Shown here: piece after piece, positions 49,901-57,428 of the stretch
Layout of the letters: each line of letters begins with the position of its first letter
Numbering within the stretch: position 1 is the stretch's first letter
Virus record (IMG/VR): IMGVR_UViG_3300011727_000029
Coordinates: 10,347-74,346 of that record
Reading direction: 5' to 3' (one strand)
Length of the DNA: 64,000 nt
Source of the DNA: a virus
Taxonomy: Duplodnaviria; Caudoviricetes
The notes under the pieces: generated by a model
Told to the model about the DNA's origin: nothing
Database searches by the model: none
The model's input: the letters and a program-made list of their open reading frames with translations, nothing else
Program-made: the position numbers and the translations under genes

Positions 49901-50846
49901 CATCAGTTTTCTTGACTTGTTTCTCAATTCCTTTGAATGAAAGAGTTACCATATCACCAGATGTTCTGGCTTTTATTCCAAATTCTTTTAAACGTTCAAA
50001 TTCGCCTGTTTGAGCATCAAGGATGGCCTCTACAAGTTGATCAAATGATTTTCCTTGTGAAGCTGCTAAATCTCCAATGTTTGTTAATTCATCCATTGTT
50101 GGAACAAAACCACGATTAACCAGTTTAATAAATGATGAGGTTAATTCATCAACTGCGAATGGAGTTTTTTCGGCAAACTCTTTAATTTTTGCAAATTCTT
50201 CATTTGCTTTGATAGAGGATTGAAATGTATTTCTTAATGTAGTTCTATAAGATTCGAAACGTTGAGTAACATCTTTTATTTGGCTTCCTAGTTGAGAAAT
50301 TCCAATTGCTCCACCAATCATCGGAAGTAATCTAGAAATTGCACCGCCGCTGACCCCTAAACCTAAACCGCTTAATAAACCACCGTTTTGATTTACATTT
50401 CTTGCCGGATTGGTTACGTTTAAACTGTTTTTTGTCCGGGAAATTAAATTATTGTACCGGTCTATTTCTGCTGGAGAAGTAGCACGTCTACGAGCTTGAG
50501 ATAAGATTTGTAAACGACGTTCTAAATTTCCTACTAATCCTATTTCTTGATTTAGAGCGTTATTTAAACTTTTGTTAGAAACAAGATTATCCTCTAGACT
50601 TCTTCGATGATGGTTTAGTGCGGTAGCATTTTGGTTAATCATACGATTAAGTCGTTCACGTGTACGAACATCTTGAATATTTGTACGATTGAACTGTTCA
50701 ACTAAACGAATTTGTCGTTTTGTTAAATTTTCAATACCTGTAATATTGCCTTTAACCGTTTTTACTGCGTGGTCAAGTTCCCTATCTTCAACGTCGTAAG
50801 TAATTCGATGTATAATGTCTACAATTTCATCCACCATAATACACAA
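46980..50846 (-). CDS. Tail tape measure protein
   Basis: 1288 aa; FA.KTPF...ELT...GD.AA...FERLKEFGI tape-measure domain; C-terminal GPG..TSDSIPARLSRGE. Confidence 0.93.
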   Translation of the reverse strand: MCIMVDEIVDIIHRITYDVEDRELDHAVKTVKGNITGIENLTKRQIRLVEQFNRTNIQDVRTRERLNRMINQNATALNHHRRSLEDNLVSNKSLNNALNQEIGLVGNLERRLQILSQARRRATSPAEIDRYNNLISRTKNSLNVTNPARNVNQNGGLLSGLGLGVSGGAISRLLPMIGGAIGISQLGSQIKDVTQRFESYRTTLRNTFQSSIKANEEFAKIKEFAEKTPFAVDELTSSFIKLVNRGFVPTMDELTNIGDLAASQGKSFDQLVEAILDAQTGEFERLKEFGIKARTSGDMVTLSFKGIEKQVKKTDEQALRNAVISFGKLQGVAGGMNAQAKTLSGTVSNLGDSFDSLFSAIGDKGVSQFNDLLGIVKESVDWFTKLIETSPADSYREQQAELNNLVGQLIIANDQEEVRSVIMSEITAKYPEFLNLIDAEKSNTEQLASALSVLNQQYENKIRLALIDEQQSRITEKQTDLIRKQRDAIKTLLPELKKYGYSEVSFSRLSPSQQQKVGNQILTDLTNKSSSKSKGFESNTMMPGSGMISNQFKETAALDKFKSDFANFNKLNNQLNKERVHNIELANAENESYINGLKESLALEQKELQALKKSGANQKEILAQEKLIQGIKDLINPPKPNIAKPTTDTKKKKTKTKKAKDPNEIALDEIDRQMKVEQELEKQRFQRRKEELLNALESELIDRQTYSQRLTEAVEENGQKLLEIELKYALKRPQYLKKAEKEANQTRIDEIKNSFKEYSDAIRERSEKIIKQLIDEQKNIDDEIFKLSADSRTKEIANSKRDSNNRITTINNQLSSLYTSSDNLNSDLNSSNSDVVKSATNQLEVVNANIKKLHELRAKIIEDGRIKERDINLKYDLQELDDLKDSANNKIDIYTDSEEKMFFKKYQIELDNNGRELKRLREKNTKTEDLENVSKRKRLKLEEEYIKTSDEIAYRSDLAKLFNEKKYFEDRIKIYQTGYDLLTEEEQKGRKKLIDSTQAQLGVVQGNIVTKINERNRKKDKEDNPFESLAKSISEITDGATQAANTITSALQQAVDLEISIREKRVERLKSIAERGNAELLQLEEKRLQRAQAQQEKYARSQIAINAAQQASASLLAIANAAAAGGGWLSVPVVMATIGALMSGFAMVKSMTQDTTGTLGFKDGVVGLNGPGSETSDSIPARLSRGESVITAKGTRAGDNAEILKMMNNGIAFSLPNLKMKDSAIITSSNTGNDYKALESKLDNVVKTVEKVVLAVENQETSSFSFDQDGIFAVTNAVNIRKRKRDKL

Positions 50847-50945
50847 AAATAAACAATATAAATGTAAATATATATTATAATTATATTTATCTTTGTTAAG
50901 AACTATTCTTACCGATTAATACGATAGTTTGACATGCTGAAAAAT

Positions 50946-50974
50946 AAAAACCACTCATTTATGAGTGGTTTTTT
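50946..50974. terminator. Perfect hairpin at end of chaperone -1 frame
   Basis: AAAAACCACTCAT-TT-ATGAGTGGTTTTT. Confidence 0.75.
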
Positions 50975-51671
50975 AATTGTTTATTATGCCATTCAACATA
51001 TTTATTTCGATTGGAAATTCTGTAGTAATACTCAAATACAGAACAATTTAAAAAGTAATCTGCTTTTTGCTGATCTCCTTCAGATATTTTTAATGCGCCT
51101 AGCGAAAACGATTCATATAAATCATTTACTTTTACTGGTGGGGCGGTGGTGTCAATTGCCGAATTGTCATTCTCCTTTGTTCCAAATAACTCTGTGAAAC
51201 TTCCATTAAGTATTGCTGATAACTTGGAGTGAATTCCAAACCTATTGGCAAAAAAAAACTGTAAGCTTCAGGATCTTGTTTTACTTTTTTTAATTTTTCT
51301 TCAGTCCAATGATTTTCGCAAGTTTCAGGATTTTCACCATCAATAAAATGATAAATCATAGCCATACGCAATGCGGAATCTTCATCAACAGGATAAGACA
51401 TTCTAGCTTTAATGTTATTAATCCACACTGAAACCTCATCAAGTTTATTTTTATTTACAGCTTCAGTCATGTTTTTACAAATCTCTTTAAGCATTTCTTT
51501 TGTTAATCCGGCTTCAGAATAAATATTTTGGGCATTTGCTGCAACATTTCTACTCAAGTGATATTGTGTAATATCCTTTAAAGCATAAAATTTTAATGGC
51601 TCATTATTTTTATCTTTTAGAGTAGAGGATTCAAAAGCTACCTTGTATTTTTCTGTGTTAAATTGTGTCAT
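50959..51671 (-). CDS. Tail assembly chaperone G (51132..51671) and -1 frameshift product GT (to 50959)
   Basis: T9 slippery run at 51250-51258; -1 frame open 96 codons to TAA at 50961-50959; upstream of the tape measure gene. Confidence 0.75.
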
Positions 51672-51693
51672 AACATAGGGGGATTTTGCAGAA

Positions 51694-51906
51694 TTAATTT
51701 ATGTTTAAATCTTTTCGATAAATAGCAACTTTTGCCCAATCAGGTAATTTATACTCTTGTCCTTCCTGTATAAATTCAGTTCTAGAAGTTTCTTTTCTTT
51801 CCAAAGTTTCATCATTGTACCAAAATGTTACCTCTTGATATTTATATTCATAGAATCGATTATTTCTATGATAAAATGTTTCTGTTTTTTCAATTTTCCA
51901 TGCCAT
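51694..51906 (-). CDS. Hypothetical 70-aa protein
   Basis: ORF track. Confidence 0.6.
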   Translation of the reverse strand: MAWKIEKTETFYHRNNRFYEYKYQEVTFWYNDETLERKETSRTEFIQEGQEYKLPDWAKVAIYRKDLNIN

Positions 51907-51908
51907 AA

Positions 51909-53243
51909 TTATGCTGATTTATTTTTAATATTAAAATAATTTGTTCGCGCGAAATCATGGAAATATTTCTGGAAGAAATATCGACCACCATCGAAATAAT
52001 CCATTTTATAAATTTCACGATCTTTTTTAAGTGTATGCGGTTTGTGACTTTTTTCGTCAATAGTTGCAATTGTGCAATCATTGATAAAATTAGGACATCC
52101 CTCTTTTGAAATAGAAAGATTTGGATATTGTGCAAACATTTGATTCATCAATAATCTACTATTTTCAAAATGAAGATTTGAAGTATTTGGCTGTATTTGT
52201 TTTGGCTGTAAATCTAAATAAGAACGGATTAATGAGTATGCAGAATCGTGTATTGATTCGTAACCAACAACACCCTCTGTATTTCCTGAGCTATCACCTG
52301 TAACGTACAGGATAGAACTAGGAAATGTCATCTTAATTTCTTTACATAAATCTTTCAAAACTTGTTTACCTCCAAACTCTTTAAGAATATTAATAAAACT
52401 ATGCGGATCTCCCATGTTTGGAGATTTTTGATAAGCTGTACATGTTAACGGGTCCTTATTAAAATCAAATGACAAGTAAACTTCATACGTTGGAAGAAAT
52501 GGCAATTTTTCTTTTACGTGTTTATCATAATTGAAAGCATAAAGCCACATATTATCGTTTTGCTCAATTCCCCATTCACCAAGTACATAAATTCTATAAT
52601 CAGGATGAGATGGGGGAATTTCCATCATAATTTCTTTGTATTCCTGGTCAATGAATTTATTATCCTTGAATGTAGTAATCAAATTAAACATTTTCTTAGG
52701 ATTGTAACGCCCTCCTTCTTCAGGAGAATCCCAAAAACGTTTTTTAATCCAATGCTTTTCATGTATCGGATTAAACGACAAAATGATTTGATAAAAACCA
52801 TCAACATGCCCACGAATACGACGATCTATTTCATTGAAATCAGCTTCAGAAAATTCAGTTGCTTCCTCCATCCAAACCTTTGTAACACCTGAAATTGATT
52901 TTAATTTCTCTGGGTCATCTACACCAGCAAGAATTATTTCATTTCCGTTTTTCGCATGAAATGACATAGTTGTCGATTTAAATTGCACATCAAGTCTGTA
53001 CAATTCAATTTGCGATTTCAGTAATGCGAAAATCGAATTTCGTAAAGTCGTTCCAACTTTTCTTAACGCTAAAATCTTTTCTCTATGTCCGTACGGATTA
53101 AGCAACCAGAACAATACTTTTTGCCCTACCGTCCAACTCTTTGATGAACCGGAACCACCACGTAAATTAACATATCTATGCGTTGATTGAAAAAACGGAT
53201 AGTATGCTTCATTGATATTATCTTCATGGAGTAGGGCACGCAT
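51909..53243 (-). CDS. terL: Terminase large subunit (PBSX-type)
   Basis: LRGGSGSSKS Walker A, WMEEATE Walker B, SFNP, SFDFN nuclease motif. Confidence 0.95.
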   Translation of the reverse strand: MRALLHEDNINEAYYPFFQSTHRYVNLRGGSGSSKSWTVGQKVLFWLLNPYGHREKILALRKVGTTLRNSIFALLKSQIELYRLDVQFKSTTMSFHAKNGNEIILAGVDDPEKLKSISGVTKVWMEEATEFSEADFNEIDRRIRGHVDGFYQIILSFNPIHEKHWIKKRFWDSPEEGGRYNPKKMFNLITTFKDNKFIDQEYKEIMMEIPPSHPDYRIYVLGEWGIEQNDNMWLYAFNYDKHVKEKLPFLPTYEVYLSFDFNKDPLTCTAYQKSPNMGDPHSFINILKEFGGKQVLKDLCKEIKMTFPSSILYVTGDSSGNTEGVVGYESIHDSAYSLIRSYLDLQPKQIQPNTSNLHFENSRLLMNQMFAQYPNLSISKEGCPNFINDCTIATIDEKSHKPHTLKKDREIYKMDYFDGGRYFFQKYFHDFARTNYFNIKNKSA

Positions 53244-53399
53244 TCTACTTGATTAAATATTGAAAAAGTATATAAAATAAAAAACTAAAAACCAACCCAA
53301 TTAGAACACCTAAACCCATCGATACCGATAGATAGTGTTCTAATTCTTTTTTAGAAAATAAATATTTATTTTTCATAATGTTGATTTTAAACATTGATT

Positions 53400-53654
53400 T
53401 TACACTGATGCTGTTTCAACTAATCCGTTAATCTCATCATCTAAATCTGAAATTAATTGACCAATTGTAGATAAACTTTCATTAGTTGATTCATCAAGGA
53501 ATTGTTCATTTTTTGACAAAAGTTCTAAAGCATTTTTTGCACCTGAAAGCATATCCAGTTTAATTGAATTAAATACCACTTCTTGATTTACTTCATCAAC
53601 TTCAACTGTTGATTCTATTTCTTTTTCGAAATTTTCTAATAATTGTTTTATCAT
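53400..53654 (-). CDS. Hypothetical acidic protein
   Basis: ORF track 84 aa. Confidence 0.55.
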   Translation of the reverse strand: MIKQLLENFEKEIESTVEVDEVNQEVVFNSIKLDMLSGAKNALELLSKNEQFLDESTNESLSTIGQLISDLDDEINGLVETASV

Positions 53655-53656
53655 TT

Positions 53657-54091
53657 TTATTTTAAATATTGAGTTGTGATTTTTACAAATTCTTCAAAGG
53701 AATAACAGACTGCTGTTGCGAATCTTTCCTTTTTTGCTTTTTCTAAGAAATTATCTTGTGCTTCGGTTGTGGTGTTTTTTCCGTATTTCATTTCGATGAA
53801 AAGACCATGAAAACCTCTCGATGCTTTCATAATGAACAAATCGGATACACCAGCCAAAACTCCCGCTGCTTTAATTTTTGAAACTTCCTTTTGATGTCTT
53901 GAACCACCATTCGGAATTGAAAAGATGATGACATCATGGAATTGCAAACGAAACCATTTTACACAAGCTTGTTGTAGCTTACTCTCGTGGTTCGCTGGCT
54001 TCTTGCGTGGTTGGTTTTGGACGCAAATTTTCGGGTAATTCAATGACAGTGATTGGCTGATTATTAATCTTTTCCCCTTTGGATGTAACAT
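53657..54091 (-). CDS. VRR-NUC domain endonuclease (start uncertain)
   Basis: ESKLQQACVKWF...IPNGG...GV.AGVSDL...FIEMK motif. Confidence 0.88.
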   Translation of the reverse strand: MLHPKGKRLIISQSLSLNYPKICVQNQPRKKPANHESKLQQACVKWFRLQFHDVIIFSIPNGGSRHQKEVSKIKAAGVLAGVSDLFIMKASRGFHGLFIEMKYGKNTTTEAQDNFLEKAKKERFATAVCYSFEEFVKITTQYLK

Positions 54092-54446
54092 CTATTTCTT
54101 CTTTAATTCCTACTGATCCTTTGTATTGGTTCATTAACAAATTTGCATGTTGCAATCTTGTTCTTACATCAACCTCTTCGTAAATTGTTTCGGAAGTAGG
54201 TTTTCCATTTTCATCTAAAGCACTTTTTTGGATGAAACCAGTTTTAACCGCGAACGTTGTTAAGCTTTCTAAATCCTCGTGAAGCTTTGATCTTGCACTT
54301 TCTCTGATTTCTTCAAGTTCAGGATGCTTCTTCATAAAACGATAAAGCGTGGAGTAATCAACCTTTAAAAGTCTTGACGCTTGTACAGGCATTCCTCCAG
54401 CTTTTTCTAAAGCATTCTTAACTTTTGTTTTAGTCAGTGTTGCCAT
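53979..54446 (-). CDS. Terminase small subunit-like HTH protein
   Basis: ALEKAGG...ASRLLKVDYSTLYRFM HTH; EEIDVTSKG.KI C-terminus typical of TerS. Confidence 0.7.
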   Translation of the reverse strand: MATLTKTKVKNALEKAGGMPVQASRLLKVDYSTLYRFMKKHPELEEIRESARSKLHEDLESLTTFAVKTGFIQKSALDENGKPTSETIYEEVDVRTRLQHANLLMNQYKGSVGIKEEIDVTSKGEKINNQPITVIELPENLRPKPTTQEASEPRE

Positions 54447-54471
54447 ATTGCGTTATATTGTAGCATTTTAG

Positions 54472-54981
54472 TTATTTTCGATTCATCGGAATAACCTTTT
54501 TATTATCTTGTTTTTGCATCTTATTTTGCTCAACTAATTGTTGATTTTGAAATTCGTCTGCTTTCTTTTGAAACTTTTTTTGAATTTCATCTTTTATTGG
54601 ATTTGCATGTTTACTATGTAATTCTCCTAACACATACGCATCACGAATAAGATTTACATATTCGATTGGCGTGATACCTAATTCGTTTGGAGTAAAGTCT
54701 TGTAGTCCATTTAATAAAAAAGGAATTGAAAATAAATTATAATTTTCATTGGCTAAATCTTCAAAAACATCAACATCAATTTTTAATCGATTTAATGAAA
54801 TATTTTGAAGCATTACTTTACCTATTTTCAAAACATTTGAATCAATTAACGGATCAACTATTTCATCAAATGGAAAAGGTGTAGCTGTTAATTTTTCTCT
54901 AGTTTCTGCCTGTAATTTTTCGTTTAATTCTTGAAAGAATTTTTGTTGATCTACTGCTGTGTTTAATTCGTTTTTGTTCAT
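54472..54981 (-). CDS. Hypothetical protein
   Basis: ORF track 169 aa. Confidence 0.6.
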   Translation of the reverse strand: MNKNELNTAVDQQKFFQELNEKLQAETREKLTATPFPFDEIVDPLIDSNVLKIGKVMLQNISLNRLKIDVDVFEDLANENYNLFSIPFLLNGLQDFTPNELGITPIEYVNLIRDAYVLGELHSKHANPIKDEIQKKFQKKADEFQNQQLVEQNKMQKQDNKKVIPMNRK

Positions 54982-54997
54982 AATGTTGAATATTGGA

Positions 54998-55726
54998 TTA
55001 ATAAATTCGTTCTATTTTGTTCGAAAACTCTTCACCTTTTACAATGTTTTCATTTTCGTTTATATCAAACCTTTGACAAAAAGCTGCTTTTGCGTTATGA
55101 TCATCAAAGGATAACATTACATAAGCGGTCATATCTTTTGCTTTTTCTATTGCTTTTTCTTTTATTTCTTCTTTTGCCTGTTTTACGGCTTCTTTTCTTA
55201 CTTCTGCATCAAAGGCTTTTTGTTCTGCAACTGGTTCGTAAAGAGATTCTATTTCGTTAGCAATTGAATTATTTTCTAATTCAGGAACTGGGACACCGTA
55301 ATAATTCAAATCAAATTCATCAAGTCCCGCGTTCTTGTAATCGATGTCATGGAGTAATTGTCGCATTAATTCGTCGTCAAGTTCTGTACGGCTTCGAGTT
55401 TGGAAAACGTTTTGCTCTTTTTCGGTTTTTAGATCTAGTTCAATCTTTTCAACTTTAACCTCGTAATCTTCTGAACCATCATACCTGTTAATTACATCTA
55501 AAGCCATTAAGCGTTTATGGCCATCAATCAAATTACCCGTTGTCTCATTCCAAACAATACCACCCAAAAAAGCTACATTCTTAAAATTGCGTTTAATTTC
55601 ATCAATTGCTTGTTTTGAATGATTCTTAGGATTATAAGGAGCAAATTTGATTTGTGAACGTTTGACAATAATTGTTTCTGATTGTCTAACTTTCATATCA
55701 GGATTTTTAAGAATTCTGTCTGTCAT
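54998..55726 (-). CDS. ParB/Srx-like N-terminal domain protein
   Basis: APYNPK...IVWN..TGNLIDGHKRL motif. Confidence 0.85.
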   Translation of the reverse strand: MTDRILKNPDMKVRQSETIIVKRSQIKFAPYNPKNHSKQAIDEIKRNFKNVAFLGGIVWNETTGNLIDGHKRLMALDVINRYDGSEDYEVKVEKIELDLKTEKEQNVFQTRSRTELDDELMRQLLHDIDYKNAGLDEFDLNYYGVPVPELENNSIANEIESLYEPVAEQKAFDAEVRKEAVKQAKEEIKEKAIEKAKDMTAYVMLSFDDHNAKAAFCQRFDINENENIVKGEEFSNKIERIY

Positions 55727-56387
55727 AATCGAATAATAGTTTTTGAGATAAAGGGTAAGCTTTTAGAATCTTTTCCAAATCATCCGGGTAATTTTGTCTT
55801 AACCAAACAAAAACATCAGTATCGAAAAACACCCCAACTGATCTATTTTTCTTTTTGCCGTAATTGATTGGTTTTGGTAATTTGTTTTTTTCTATGTAAG
55901 TCAATACATCACCATCACGCCAATTTGAAAGGGGGTAAACATTATTCGTTGTACTAATCGCTTCTAATTCGTATTGTCTTAACTTAATTCGACGATTCAT
56001 GTTATCAGCTTTCTTTTCACCAATAAAAGCGTATTGAATGCCTGTTTTTATTTTCATAGCTTCAATAACATCCTTCAATTTGATTAATCTGATTTTCTGA
56101 GGCACGCAAAACATACCTGAACGATGAATTTGTGATAATATCCAATGAGGGACCTCAATGAATTTTACATTTGAATATTTAGCTTGACTAAATCGAATGT
56201 ATTTGTTTACATGTTCAAGATCTTTTACGAAATACATAAAAATACATACAACCTCTTCAAATTCTTTAGCCATTAAGTCAAGTAAAGCGATTGAATCTTT
56301 GCCACCTGAATAAAAAAGTATTGCACGATTAGACTTTTGACGAATCGTGCGAATTACTTTTTTACTATGTTCTAACGGTGTCGACAT
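55707..56387 (-). CDS. Phosphoadenosine phosphosulfate reductase-family (PP-loop) protein
   Basis: FYSGGKDS PP-loop, G.KKAD...RR and YPLSNW motifs. Confidence 0.88.
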   Translation of the reverse strand: MSTPLEHSKKVIRTIRQKSNRAILFYSGGKDSIALLDLMAKEFEEVVCIFMYFVKDLEHVNKYIRFSQAKYSNVKFIEVPHWILSQIHRSGMFCVPQKIRLIKLKDVIEAMKIKTGIQYAFIGEKKADNMNRRIKLRQYELEAISTTNNVYPLSNWRDGDVLTYIEKNKLPKPINYGKKKNRSVGVFFDTDVFVWLRQNYPDDLEKILKAYPLSQKLLFDYDRQNS

Positions 56388-56389
56388 AA

Positions 56390-56551
56390 TTAACCACCAG
56401 CCATACCGAACGCTCTACGCATATCGTATGTACGTTGTCTACGTGTTACAAATCGACCACCTCTACCAACAGCACCGCCACTAGATTGTGATGCTGCTCT
56501 ACGTCCACCTCTATAGTTTGACGTAGCGAATGTTGTTACTCTTCTTCTAAC
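56390..56551 (-). CDS. 53-aa Arg/Gly-rich basic peptide with GTT first codon (not in ORF track)
   Basis: VRRRVTTFATSNYRGGRRAASQSSGGAVGRGGRFVTRRQRTYDMRRAFGMAGG*; in-frame TGA immediately before GTT; no in-frame ATG/GTG/TTG until codon 44; fills the ASCH-PAPS gap and stops 2 nt before the next ATG. Confidence 0.7.
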   Translation of the reverse strand, partial: VRRRVTTFATSNYRGGRRAASQSSGGAVGRGGRFVTRRQRTYDMRRAFGMAGG

Positions 56552-56569
56552 TCAGCTTTGTATTTAAGA

Positions 56570-56956
56570 TTAAACATTACTTTTTTGAACTGGAGCTTCT
56601 AAGATCTCACCTAATTTATATTCGATAACTGCAGCAAAGTAATCTTCACCTTTATCATCTTTCAAAATAATTAGCTCGTGAGTTTCTTCATCTTCTAACA
56701 ATAGAATTCTTGCACTCTTGACCTTGACAATCATTTTAGGGCGTTTACCAACATAAGCACCTGTGAGAAATGTTATAGTATCATAGATTGCCGGTTCGAT
56801 GCCTTTGTCATTTTCAATTGCGAAACCTTCTTCGTCTACCTGGCAATACTTAACCATGTTATTAGGGCGTATTTCGCGCGTTTCAATTATTTTTGTACCA
56901 GCCAGAATTTTATCGAAAAACTCTTGTTTGATACTTAATGTTAGATTTTTACTCAT
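56570..56956 (-). CDS. ASCH domain protein
   Basis: LTLSIKQEFFDKILAGTK.IETRE signature. Confidence 0.88.
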   Translation of the reverse strand: MSKNLTLSIKQEFFDKILAGTKIIETREIRPNNMVKYCQVDEEGFAIENDKGIEPAIYDTITFLTGAYVGKRPKMIVKVKSARILLLEDEETHELIILKDDKGEDYFAAVIEYKLGEILEAPVQKSNV

Positions 56957-56977
56957 AATTCATAATGTTGATTTTTG

Positions 56978-57051
56978 TAGCGAGAGCCGGATTCGAACCG
57001 GCGACCTTCGGCAAGTTAAACCGACAAGCTAACCAACTGCTCTATCTCGCA
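56978..57051 (-). tRNA. Initiator-type (tRNA-fMet-like) tRNA with AAC (Val) anticodon
   Basis: T-GCGAGA/TCTCGC-T acceptor with U1xU72 mismatch, D stem GAGC/GCTT, anticodon stem TCGGT/GCCGA, loop TT-AAC-TT, T arm GCCGG-TTCGAAT-CCGGC, A73; 74 nt, CCA not encoded. Confidence 0.88.
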
Positions 57052-57064
57052 ATAATACTATTTA

Positions 57065-57085
57065 CAAATATAACTAATATATATT
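57065..57085 (-). promoter_or_regulatory. Putative late promoter of prophage 2 (AATATATATT-N3-TATATTTG)
   Basis: -7 box ends 13 nt before tRNA position 1; same extended motif upstream of other structural operons. Confidence 0.65.
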
Positions 57086-57123
57086 ATAATATAAATAATA
57101 CTCATGTTTTATCGCAAATTTTT

Positions 57124-57426
57124 TTACTCCAAATTATCAATCATTACTGATCTTAACTTTTCTAATAATTTATCATTTAATAAAATTTCACCCATTGAAG
57201 CAACATCACAATAATGTTCATTTCTAAAAGTTCTTAAATTCACTTCAAGTATTTCAGTACCTTGCGATTCACTTCTTGCAAGAATTATTTTAACAACATC
57301 AAAAGGGTAGTTTATTATATTTTCTTCAGATAAATATTCAATCATTAATTTCTTATTACTGTCAACTAATTTAAAATTATCGATTGCCTTTTTTAGTTCT
57401 TTTTGCTTTTCTATATTTGTATTCAT
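57124..57426 (-). CDS. Hypothetical protein
   Basis: ORF track 100 aa. Confidence 0.55.
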   Translation of the reverse strand: MNTNIEKQKELKKAIDNFKLVDSNKKLMIEYLSEENIINYPFDVVKIILARSESQGTEILEVNLRTFRNEHYCDVASMGEILLNDKLLEKLRSVMIDNLE

Positions 57427-57428
57427 TA

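Noticed and set aside
53245-53376. Short ORFs between 53400..53654 and terL (30 aa, plus a hydrophobic frame without a matching start)
   Set aside because: Possibly a frameshifted membrane-peptide remnant, but too short to support a call.
2453-55867. Numerous 60-125 aa track ORFs nested in or antisense to long genes (e.g. 2453..2644, 7480..7671, 20715..20993, 47221..47523, 52518..52892)
   Set aside because: They overlap well-supported genes in other frames, have no motifs, and are expected by chance.
56978-57051. Calling the tRNA an ordinary elongator tRNA-Val
   Set aside because: The 1:72 mismatch and A11:U24 are initiator features, and the body matches tRNA-fMet rather than tRNA-Val.
56799-57150. 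Plus-strand ORFs 56799..57032 and 56965..57150
   Set aside because: They are antisense to the ASCH gene and the tRNA; the cloverleaf explains the sequence better.
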